Part shown: piece after piece, positions 8,965 through 17,482 of the stretch | Position numbering within the stretch: position 1 is the first letter of the stretch | How the letters are laid out: every line of letters begins with the position of its first letter | Origin: Candidatus Levyibacteriota bacterium | GTDB taxonomy: Bacteria; Patescibacteriota; Microgenomatia; Levybacterales; UBA12049 | Assembly (NCBI GenBank): GCA_003152105.1 | Contig: PLZJ01000002.1 | Coordinates: forward strand, 533,682-597,681 | Direction: 5' to 3' | Length of the DNA: 64,000 bases | Notes under the pieces: generated by a model | Told to the model about the DNA's origin: nothing | The model's input: the letters and a program-made list of their open reading frames with translations, nothing else | The model's database searches: none | Position numbers and translations under genes: made by a program

Positions 8965-10048
8965 ACCAAATCAATTTCGTGCATTTTTAGCAATCACCTA
9001 TTACGCGTTTAAAGCGCAAACAAGAAATAAGTCAACGTTCTTTTTTGGATTTCTCTTTCCCCTAGTTTTTATTAGTATATTTGGACTGATTGGAAATGCA
9101 AATCCAAAAGTCACTATTGGTATTCCAAGCAGTTCTAATATGCAAAATCAAGTTATTCAAAACGTTAAGCAATCTCCTGCAATAACTACTGTTGTTAGTG
9201 ATAACCAAACGCTACTTTCTCAAATTAAGCAAGGAAAAATAGATGGACTGTTAAATGTTACCTCTAATCAAGGCGCTAACACTTCGTATGCCACAACACT
9301 TACTACAAGCGCTTCTAATCCACAAAATGCCGCAGTTGTGCAGCTTCTTGTAAAGGGAATTGTTGATCAATCAAATGTAGAAATTTCAGGCATTACTACA
9401 CCTCAGATTTCATTTACCATAACCAAAATTACCGGAAGACAGTCACGATATATTGATTTTGCACTTCCAGGAATGATTGGATTTTCACTACTTAGTACTG
9501 CTATTTTTGGAGTTGTATTTGGTTTAATTTTCTTAAAAAAACAACTGGTTATTAAACGAATGTTTGCAACGCCAATGCTTCCGCTTACTTTTTTATTCGG
9601 TCAGGGAATGAGTAGATTAATTATTGCCATATTTCAAACAATATTAATACTTGTTGTTGGGGTCTATGTCTTTCATTTCTATCTTCCTCATGGATTTGAG
9701 ACGTTTATGGATCTAATGATTTTATCTGTTTTTGGACTAGTTGCATTTTTGGGTTTTGGCTATTTTATGGCAGGTCTTGCAAATGACGAAAACTCTGCAA
9801 ATCCAATGATTAATTTAGTAACACTTCCGCAATTTTTGTTAAGTGGTACGTTTTTCCCAACTTCAAGTCTTCCTTCCTGGGTGCAACCTATTGCTACAAA
9901 TTTACCACTTTCTTACTTTAATGAGGCGGTTAGAAAAATTACTACAGAGGGTGGATCACTGCACGATACCATCCCCTATTTACTAGGACTTTCTGTATGG
10001 GGAATACTTATGTACGTACTTGCTGCAAAAACCTTTAAGTGGGAATAA
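8954..10048 (+). CDS. ABC-2 family transporter permease
   Basis: N-terminal TM helix, a ~120-aa extracytoplasmic loop, then 5 TM helices. AGGGAGG SD 8 nt upstream. Start overlaps the ATPase stop. Confidence 0.8.
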   Translation: MKRKPNQFRAFLAITYYAFKAQTRNKSTFFFGFLFPLVFISIFGLIGNANPKVTIGIPSSSNMQNQVIQNVKQSPAITTVVSDNQTLLSQIKQGKIDGLLNVTSNQGANTSYATTLTTSASNPQNAAVVQLLVKGIVDQSNVEISGITTPQISFTITKITGRQSRYIDFALPGMIGFSLLSTAIFGVVFGLIFLKKQLVIKRMFATPMLPLTFLFGQGMSRLIIAIFQTILILVVGVYVFHFYLPHGFETFMDLMILSVFGLVAFLGFGYFMAGLANDENSANPMINLVTLPQFLLSGTFFPTSSLPSWVQPIATNLPLSYFNEAVRKITTEGGSLHDTIPYLLGLSVWGILMYVLAAKTFKWE

Positions 10049-10122
10049 TAATTGCTTCATAAAACCTGCATATCACCTTTTGTTTATTTGACAAACTTTT
10101 GTAAACATGTTGTACTAAATCT

Positions 10123-11067
10123 ATGGGTGAAGGAAGTAAAGATTTTAGTGATAATCCAGTACTAAGAAAATATCAAGATGAGTTTGAAAGACAAACACGT
10201 GAAAGACGAAAAGCTGAAGCTGCAAAAAAACATCCAAAACGCCACCATATGCCAAGAGCAAGTGATGATATTACGGTAAGAGAAAATCAAGGAGATGGAC
10301 GTAACCAAAAACCTCCTATGACTGACCTTGATGCTGATATTAAAGCAGGACAAGAACTAATGCAATTTGCAAATAGCTCGTTTGTACATGGGCACTTGGT
10401 AGTACCAGACAGTAATCCAACAACCCGAGAAAGTGATGAAGAAACTGAAACGCCGCAGCAACAAAGAGCTAAAAAGCAAGAAGAAACTACAGCTCGTATA
10501 AAAGAAAAAGTTGGTGAAAGAGCATTATTACCAAATAGGGTAAGTCGGATGCTTGAGGACGAAATAACTCGCGAACAATTAGATATTTTAGCAAGTCAGG
10601 TACAAAATGAACCAGGAATTTTACGAGAATACGGAGTGACTAATCAAGGGATGGTTTTTGCTCTTAAAGAAGCGGAACAGGCAGAGCAGGTAGATACTCG
10701 TGACATAACAGTATTTGCGTATAACGCAGCACTTCCAAGCGATGAACTCGTAGGACAAAAAACACGATTTGCCATACCAAAACGTTTTATAACTCGAGAT
10801 AGTAATGCTGCCTACATACAATTTCCAGGCATAGTTGTTTTTGACGCATTTACCAAGCTTGCTCATATGAGTGATGATGAAATTAGAGAAAAATATCCAA
10901 AAGATAAAGATCTTGTAGAAGCGGTAAGGCTATATCAAAAAATCGGATCATTTAAAATTACTAAAGCAGACATGGGAAATAATGACCCATTATATAAAAC
11001 AGGATTAAATCTTCGAAGAAATGTATCGGGAAATGCTTCTTTACCAACTCTTGAAAAAGGTAAATAA
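10123..11067 (+). CDS. Hypothetical protein (314 aa) with a highly charged, low-complexity N-terminal half
   Basis: Promoter TTGACA-N17-TGTACT-N6-ATG at 10088-10125. No TM or signal peptide seen. Confidence 0.5.
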   Translation: MGEGSKDFSDNPVLRKYQDEFERQTRERRKAEAAKKHPKRHHMPRASDDITVRENQGDGRNQKPPMTDLDADIKAGQELMQFANSSFVHGHLVVPDSNPTTRESDEETETPQQQRAKKQEETTARIKEKVGERALLPNRVSRMLEDEITREQLDILASQVQNEPGILREYGVTNQGMVFALKEAEQAEQVDTRDITVFAYNAALPSDELVGQKTRFAIPKRFITRDSNAAYIQFPGIVVFDAFTKLAHMSDDEIREKYPKDKDLVEAVRLYQKIGSFKITKADMGNNDPLYKTGLNLRRNVSGNASLPTLEKGK

Positions 11068-11088
11068 CAAGAGCTTATAAACATACAT

Positions 11089-11688
11089 ATGGAACAAGAA
11101 CAGCAAAGTAGAGATATAAGCACAAACCAAATGTTACTTGCCCAAAAAAGTGAGTTTGCAAAGCAAGTACAAAAAGACAAAGCTATATTAGAATTCACAC
11201 AAAAAATACGAAATCAACTTTTGTCAGATAAACTACATGAGAAAGCGGTTAAAGGAGCTTTAGAAAATCCAGATGCAAGTCAAGGACTAGAACTTTTTGC
11301 CCGTTCGGTTTTTGAAACGCCAACAAAACTAGAAGCAACAGGAGTAAATGGAACCATGGTTGTTGCTATTAAACAAGGACCAGCACTTGCAGAAAATGAA
11401 GCGTTTGCATTTGATTTAGCAAAGCCAGAGGATGGGGTAGTTAAAACATTACTTTTGGCGCAACATACTGCAAAAACAGGAAAGGATAAAGGAGTTATGC
11501 TAGTTCCAGACGCGTCGCTTCGTGAAACGATGACCAGAGAAAATAATCGAAGCGATGAAGAAATATTAGCAGATAAAAATAGTGATTATCTCAAGTTTGT
11601 ACGCTTTGTAAATAAAACACAGGGACTAGTGATTTCGCTTCCTAAAAATGGTCGAGCAATGCAGGTTCGGGTTGGCGGCATGTTATAA
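11089..11688 (+). CDS. Hypothetical protein (199 aa)
   Basis: ORF 21 nt downstream of the previous gene. No recognisable motif. Confidence 0.5.
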   Translation: MEQEQQSRDISTNQMLLAQKSEFAKQVQKDKAILEFTQKIRNQLLSDKLHEKAVKGALENPDASQGLELFARSVFETPTKLEATGVNGTMVVAIKQGPALAENEAFAFDLAKPEDGVVKTLLLAQHTAKTGKDKGVMLVPDASLRETMTRENNRSDEEILADKNSDYLKFVRFVNKTQGLVISLPKNGRAMQVRVGGML

Positions 11689-11702
11689 GCATTACCTCAT
11701 AA

Positions 11703-13550
11703 CTACTGATATGCTTTTTGTAAAAATGAAGCGGTTTCTAACAGTAGTTTTTTCTTTTGTATTGCTGTCATAGTGGTTAGATCAATTAATCCATTTTTAT
11801 GTGATTGATAGACAGAAAGAAGTGCCTCGTCAGCAATTGCATGTTTGCCAAGTTTTTTAGCGAGTGTAATAAATGGTGAGTGGTAATACAAAAGTTCAGT
11901 TGGTTTTCCTTCTGCTATTTTTGTTGCCGCTTGTGGAGGTTGATTATTTCTTCCTTTTGCAACAAGCGACGCTATTTTACCTCTCCCAAGTGATAAAAGT
12001 GGTGTTGGTAAATGTGATAATTTAGGAATTAAAGATAGATTATTCCACGGAACTTTTGGTAAAGTTATACCGCTCTCGGAAAGGAGTGATAATCTTTCTT
12101 TCATTGCGTTTGTTTCAAAAGCAAACAACTCTTTGTCTTTAAATGTATCTTTTGGTGAAAGTCCAGTGAGTGCAGCAGAACTACCTAATACATTTGCTAA
12201 TGCTTTAGCATATGCAAGGGATGTTGAATCTTCGAATTCTTCAACATCAAAGCCGCTTCTTTCAAACAGTGCAACTGCTTTTTTAAATTCTCGATACTCT
12301 TCACTGGAAAATACCGTTTTCTCATCTCGAGAAATAGGAGAAAGTCCTATTCTTAATTTTGTTTTATCATATGCATTGCCCTCTTCTTGACTCGTAACAG
12401 GAGTAAACAAACTTGCTCGAACTAGCGTTATATTGCTATCTTTACATATTCTTACTGCTTGATCAGCAATTTCTAAACCATTTTGAGGCAAAATTAACGT
12501 AAGTGGAGCTTTGGCGTTTTGCACAATTTCTAAAAGTAGTTGTTCAGAAGGATTTGCGGTTGCTAAGACAATTGCGTCAGGTTTTTGCTCTAGTGTTTGA
12601 ACTATACTTGAGTGCACTGTTACGTTAGGTAAACTATCATTTGAAAGGTTATCAGCTTGTTCGGGTTTTACAACAGCCAAAAGCAATAGCCCAGGAATAT
12701 GTTCTCCGAATTCTTGTATATACATTTTTCCTGTTTGACCAAAAGCGCCAATTACCGCAACTTTTGAGAATGTATCTGGTTGCTTATATTCCTCTGGAAT
12801 TATGTCCACCATATCTTCTCGTATCTTTTTATCAATTGTTTTAAATGACGTTTGAGATAGAAGTTCTGAGGCATTATAAAAATTTCCCACTTGTAGTTTG
12901 CTTTTTTTCCCTAAGTTAAAAGTGCCTGCGGTTCGTTTGTTGTAACGCTTTGTCTTTTCAAGAGACATGGCAACTTCCAAAATGCCAAAATCAGTTACTC
13001 CTTCTCGTTTCATGGAAGCAATAAATGCACCCAACGGACGCTGCAAATCATCCATGACAAGAAATGGTTGGCGACTTGCATTAATAGCTATTGCAACTGT
13101 CTCTCCATTTTGGAGAGCTTCTTTACTTTTTCGCATAAGTGCTTCATAAGATTTTCTCCTCTCCTCATCAGTTGTTTTTTCAAATTTTTTCTTTTGCATT
13201 GAGGAGTCATTAATAATTGGTTGAAGTGTGCCACCAAAAAGTTCAGAAGCAGCACCAAGATGCGTATTATATTGATGTGCTGAAACAGGATTAAGATATC
13301 GTTTTTGAGAAAATCCATCATGCTGCGAAATAAGATCTTTGATGATTTGCGGGCCGTCTCGAAAACTAAAATGTGTAAAAATAATAACCACTCCTTTACC
13401 TTCATTTATGCATTCAGCTGCAAGATCTAATGAATGTCGAGGATCTTCAACTTCTCCAGGCCAAAGAAAAGGAAGTGAAGCAACTTTTGAAACTATTTTG
13501 CGCACTGCATGCTCTGATTTTGTAATGGTAGGAAATGGCGTTTCTTTCAT
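11703..13550 (-). CDS. Fusion protein: N-terminal HX4D (GPAT/PlsC-like) acyltransferase domain plus NAD(P)-binding GpsA/ketopantoate-reductase-like domain
   Basis: HFSFRD (HX4D with Ser at +2) in VVIIFTHFSFRDGPQ. Mid-protein Rossmann KVAVIGAFGQTGK, plus LPQNG and a helical C-terminal domain of the 6PGD/ApbA type. Confidence 0.5.
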   Translation of the reverse strand: MKETPFPTITKSEHAVRKIVSKVASLPFLWPGEVEDPRHSLDLAAECINEGKGVVIIFTHFSFRDGPQIIKDLISQHDGFSQKRYLNPVSAHQYNTHLGAASELFGGTLQPIINDSSMQKKKFEKTTDEERRKSYEALMRKSKEALQNGETVAIAINASRQPFLVMDDLQRPLGAFIASMKREGVTDFGILEVAMSLEKTKRYNKRTAGTFNLGKKSKLQVGNFYNASELLSQTSFKTIDKKIREDMVDIIPEEYKQPDTFSKVAVIGAFGQTGKMYIQEFGEHIPGLLLLAVVKPEQADNLSNDSLPNVTVHSSIVQTLEQKPDAIVLATANPSEQLLLEIVQNAKAPLTLILPQNGLEIADQAVRICKDSNITLVRASLFTPVTSQEEGNAYDKTKLRIGLSPISRDEKTVFSSEEYREFKKAVALFERSGFDVEEFEDSTSLAYAKALANVLGSSAALTGLSPKDTFKDKELFAFETNAMKERLSLLSESGITLPKVPWNNLSLIPKLSHLPTPLLSLGRGKIASLVAKGRNNQPPQAATKIAEGKPTELLYYHSPFITLAKKLGKHAIADEALLSVYQSHKNGLIDLTTMTAIQKKKLLLETASFLQKAYQ

Positions 13551-13664
13551 ATAACAATGGAAGGGATTATCTCACTTATATAGGATAAATTCAATATATA
13601 TTCAAAGTTTTAGTACAACTTTGATTGACGAGCAAATGATGGAAAAACTATACTTTACTATACT

Positions 13665-13859
13665 ATGCCAAAATTACTTTCAAAAAAGAAACAAAAATCG
13701 CCTTTTGCAATAACTTCTTTTTCACAGCTTCTTGATACTATTTATTCTCTTGATAAAACAATGAAGCTTGCAATTGTAATTCTAGTAATGCTACTTTTAA
13801 CAACGCCATTTATTATCAGTTCTGTGCAGACACTACTATTTTATGCGGCAACAAAGTAG
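13665..13859 (+). CDS. Small membrane protein (64 aa)
   Basis: Promoter TTGACG-N18-TATACT (13625-13654) just upstream. One TM helix. Confidence 0.3.
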   Translation: MPKLLSKKKQKSPFAITSFSQLLDTIYSLDKTMKLAIVILVMLLLTTPFIISSVQTLLFYAATK

Positions 13860-13883
13860 AAGAGGAATCTAAAAGCTGGATTA

Positions 13884-14432
13884 TTATACCTTATAAGTAA
13901 GTAATATATTCCCATTTTTAAATAATTTAGTATCTTGAAGTATAAACGATGTATGATTTTTTAAACCAGTAAATAAGCTGGTACCTTTGCCAATAGCAAT
14001 TGGATTTACCATAATTCGCAGTTCATCAAGAAGCTTATTTTCCAAAAGATATGTTGCAAGTATATTGCTACCAAAAACTCCCATATCTCCGCTGGAATTG
14101 TTTTTCATTTTTATAAGTTTCTCTTCAATATTATTGCTCAATACTTTTGTGTTTTCCCACGTAGGATTTTTTATTGTTTTAGAGACAACAATTTTAGAAG
14201 CGCTATTCATAAGCATTGCAGTTTTTGGATCGTCATTTTTCTGTGGATTTGGCCAGTAACTTGCCATTAGATCATAGGTACGGCCGCCAAATAAAAGGAG
14301 CGATGTGTTTTTAAGCTGCGTATTAGCAAACTCTTCAAATTCTTTGTCTACATGATGCCATGAAAGATCATGATTTGGTCCTTCAATATATCCATCTAGT
14401 GAAATCATCATAAAAAGGTATAGTCTACTCAT
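13884..14432 (-). CDS. Dihydrofolate-reductase-family protein (RibD C-terminal-domain-like)
   Basis: MMISLDGYIEGP…LLFGGRTYD…GSNILATYL pattern of the DHFR-like/RibD_C family. Confidence 0.7.
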   Translation of the reverse strand: MSRLYLFMMISLDGYIEGPNHDLSWHHVDKEFEEFANTQLKNTSLLLFGGRTYDLMASYWPNPQKNDDPKTAMLMNSASKIVVSKTIKNPTWENTKVLSNNIEEKLIKMKNNSSGDMGVFGSNILATYLLENKLLDELRIMVNPIAIGKGTSLFTGLKNHTSFILQDTKLFKNGNILLTYKV

Positions 14433-14549
14433 AGTAAAAAGTATAGCATATTTTCTAAAATAGTTGTATTAAGTGGATCTTGTTTTGTGTGTTATACTAA
14501 CGTAATCTAATTAAATACTTGCCAATGTGTTGATTGGAAAAACATAACA

Positions 14550-16046
14550 TTGTTTTTCGTGTTTTTTAAAAAAACACGCGATATGTTGTTACCAAAACAA
14601 TCACTTTTTACTAACTACTTATTTCTTCTTACATGTATATTATTTCTCGCAGCAGTTCTTCGATTTGTAAATTATGATGCTCGTTTTGGCTTGGCAAGTG
14701 ATCAAGCAAGAGATGCACTCATAATACAAGAAGCAGTGAAAGAGCATACTTTGCCCTTAATCGGAGCATTTTCAGCATCAGGACCTTTTGTATTTGGTCC
14801 TTATTTTTACTGGGCCTTTTATATTCCCGTTGCGCTATTTCCTCATTTTGTGTTAACACCATGGATTTTTCTTACCCTGTTATACATAGGTATAGTTGGC
14901 ATTATGTTTTCCATTGGAGAAAAAGTATATGACCGAAATTTTGGATTACTGCTTGCTTTTTTTACTGCAATTTCTCCTGTTGAACTTAGCTTATCATCAA
15001 ATTTGATTTATTCTGCATTAGTAGGATTTTTTGCAACATGTACGCTCTATTTTTTTGTTTCCTATATTAAAGCTCCCTCAAGACGATTTCTTTTTTTCTT
15101 TGCGCTTTTTTTAAGCTTATCTGTAAATACGCATTTTGAAGCAATGCCACTTTTGCTTATGATTCCCTTTGTTTTATATTTTGGTAAACGTACGTTGTCT
15201 CATATGAGCATGCTTTTTCTTGGATTACTGCTGCCTCTTACCCCACTTATTATTTTTAATTTTGAATATCATTTTTATGAGCTTAATAACATTATTCACT
15301 TTATACTTTTTCATCCGCAAACAACGCTTGTTACAAAGCGATGGCTAACAACACTTACCTCATCATGGCCAACAAGATGGGGAGACACCATTGGTGGAAC
15401 TAAGCTAATTGGTGGAATTGAAATAATACTATTATTACTTGTTGCCGGTTATAGTATCTATGCAAAAAAAATACAAAAGGAAATAGGAATTGTAATGGGA
15501 GTATTTATTTGTATGGTGGTTATGCTTCGGTATTTTAATGGGATAATTTTCGAAAGTTTTTTAGCATTTATCATTCCTTTTATACTTCTTCTTTTTGCAT
15601 GGGCTTGTTATGAAATTGTAAAACGAAACGTATATATTGGAATGTTTATACTATTTTGTATTGTTTGTGCAAATACCTTTGTTATCTACCAAACGATTAC
15701 AAAAGCCAGTAATCCAATGAGAACCACAACAATACACTGGGTAAATAAACTCGCGACCACCAAAGCAAAAACTTTTTCCGTTTATCAATATAAGAGCCAG
15801 CAGTCAGAACAAGCATTGTCACTTAGTTTGTATTTAAATTCAGAAGGAAAAGCAGCAATCAGTGGTGATAAAATTGCTCTTGCTTCATTTGGAGCACCTA
15901 TTAATGAGCAAGTGTTATTTACGGGACATGATAGAAGTCGAATGTATACGTTACAAGGTGTATCTGATGCATCACTTACCAAAGAAGGATTTAGTTCAAT
16001 TAGTGCAAAAAGCGTATATAATGCTACTGAAAACTGGTATAAATAA
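14550..16046 (+). CDS. Polytopic membrane protein, putative GT-C-fold glycosyltransferase (family A paralog)
   Basis: About 12 TM helices. First loop carries D-x2-RD-x-L-I…TLPLIG…SGPF-x-FGPY-x-YW, shared with 47962, 50273 and 51748. Alternative ATG at 14592. Confidence 0.5.
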   Translation: MFFVFFKKTRDMLLPKQSLFTNYLFLLTCILFLAAVLRFVNYDARFGLASDQARDALIIQEAVKEHTLPLIGAFSASGPFVFGPYFYWAFYIPVALFPHFVLTPWIFLTLLYIGIVGIMFSIGEKVYDRNFGLLLAFFTAISPVELSLSSNLIYSALVGFFATCTLYFFVSYIKAPSRRFLFFFALFLSLSVNTHFEAMPLLLMIPFVLYFGKRTLSHMSMLFLGLLLPLTPLIIFNFEYHFYELNNIIHFILFHPQTTLVTKRWLTTLTSSWPTRWGDTIGGTKLIGGIEIILLLLVAGYSIYAKKIQKEIGIVMGVFICMVVMLRYFNGIIFESFLAFIIPFILLLFAWACYEIVKRNVYIGMFILFCIVCANTFVIYQTITKASNPMRTTTIHWVNKLATTKAKTFSVYQYKSQQSEQALSLSLYLNSEGKAAISGDKIALASFGAPINEQVLFTGHDRSRMYTLQGVSDASLTKEGFSSISAKSVYNATENWYK

Positions 16047-16105
16047 ACTACATATGGACTTGACGTAATTGCTTTCCTCAAAACTCAACAGTATAATATG
16101 TCACG

Positions 16106-17482
16106 ATGATAAACGAGCAAGAAAGAGGATCTTATATCGAAGGAAAAAGCCAAAGACCTGACATTTTTGTTAGTGAGCGTGACGAGTGGTCATATTTAGG
16201 AAGAAATCATGCAGAGATACGTCGACTAAAAAATGGAGCTACTATTTTAGGGATGACACAACGAAGTGATGATGAAGCACAAGTTAGTGTGCGATACACC
16301 TATTCATCAGGAGCATATTTTGACCCAAAAGGAAAATCAGGATTACATCATCTACTTGAGCATTTAGTTTCAAAAAGACCATATGAGGTGGCCTCCAAGT
16401 TTGACGCTCAATACGGAGCTGCAACTAGTCCTCATATGACCCAGTATGGACTTAACGGAATATTAAATCCGCAAATCGAGGGATATGGTGTATTGCCGGC
16501 ATTACCTTTGTTGCACACGCAAGCGGCTCGTCCAATTGATACAATCGGGAATTTACAAAGTGCGATTGAAACAGAGATAGGTGTTATTCTTGGAGAAATT
16601 AAAGAATCAAAATCCAGACATGAAGATCAGCTATCAAGAGCATTATGTCGCGTTCTATTCGATCCAGAAAATCCCATAAATACCAATGTCCCTGGAACAT
16701 ACGAGGACTTGCTTTCAATAACCCCAGAAGATGTAGTCGAAATTTCGAACCGAGTTTTTTCTCCAGATAATCTCGTAATCACCGTATTTGGTAAGGGAAA
16801 AGAAGAAAATACTTCACTTGTTGTTGATCAAATTGAAGATTCGACTAAAGGATTACCTGAGTCAAAAGTACGACATCCATCAGTTGATAGAGCATTGTTT
16901 GATTTAATACACCCAGATTTTAAGCCAGGAAGTATATATACCTATGATACTGGTATGCAAACAGGCATGGTTACGGTTCTTTTTGTATGGAATATAGCAA
17001 GTCCTGAAAATTCGACAGAAAGTATGGCAAGTATTAGGCTCATGGAAAATGCACAGTTAAATTTACACAGTTTTTTTAGAGATGAGGGGCTCGGATATTC
17101 TTCTTCTGTAAATTCAGACTGTGCAGGTCAATATGTTACGCAGTCTCTTCGTCTAAATATTCCAGCAAGACAGGATATTGTCGATTTTTCAAAAGCGCTG
17201 GCTCCTCAGTTACAAACTTCTGTATTTGAGAAAATTAAAGATAGTGAAATTGAACATATGCTTGAAATATACAGAAAACGACAGCTCGCTACACCGATTA
17301 AAGCAGATACGCGTTTTAATTATTTAGTAAATGGAATATTACATTACGGCAAGATTATAGATGCTGACGAGATGAGTAGAAGATCTAGCGCAGTTACTCC
17401 TTCTCACTTAAAAGAATGGAGAGATACATTTCTTGCAACACCTCCTGCAGTTTTAGTTGTGGGAGATTTAAGTAGTGCGTAG
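16106..17482 (+). CDS. M16-family (pitrilysin/insulinase-like) zinc peptidase
   Basis: Inverted zinc motif HxxEH in GLHHLLEHLV. Confidence 0.7.
   Translation: MINEQERGSYIEGKSQRPDIFVSERDEWSYLGRNHAEIRRLKNGATILGMTQRSDDEAQVSVRYTYSSGAYFDPKGKSGLHHLLEHLVSKRPYEVASKFDAQYGAATSPHMTQYGLNGILNPQIEGYGVLPALPLLHTQAARPIDTIGNLQSAIETEIGVILGEIKESKSRHEDQLSRALCRVLFDPENPINTNVPGTYEDLLSITPEDVVEISNRVFSPDNLVITVFGKGKEENTSLVVDQIEDSTKGLPESKVRHPSVDRALFDLIHPDFKPGSIYTYDTGMQTGMVTVLFVWNIASPENSTESMASIRLMENAQLNLHSFFRDEGLGYSSSVNSDCAGQYVTQSLRLNIPARQDIVDFSKALAPQLQTSVFEKIKDSEIEHMLEIYRKRQLATPIKADTRFNYLVNGILHYGKIIDADEMSRRSSAVTPSHLKEWRDTFLATPPAVLVVGDLSSA

Noticed and set aside
7660-8993. Minus-strand ORFs 7660..7908 and 8769..8993
   Set aside because: They overlap well-supported + strand genes (hypothetical 7608.. 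and the ABC ATPase) with no promoter or motif support.
12133-13554. Several + strand ORFs (12133..12390, 12641..12844, 12967..13149, 13339..13554) inside the minus-strand fusion gene
   Set aside because: They are embedded in the 615-aa acyltransferase/oxidoreductase CDS and are short, with no domain signal.
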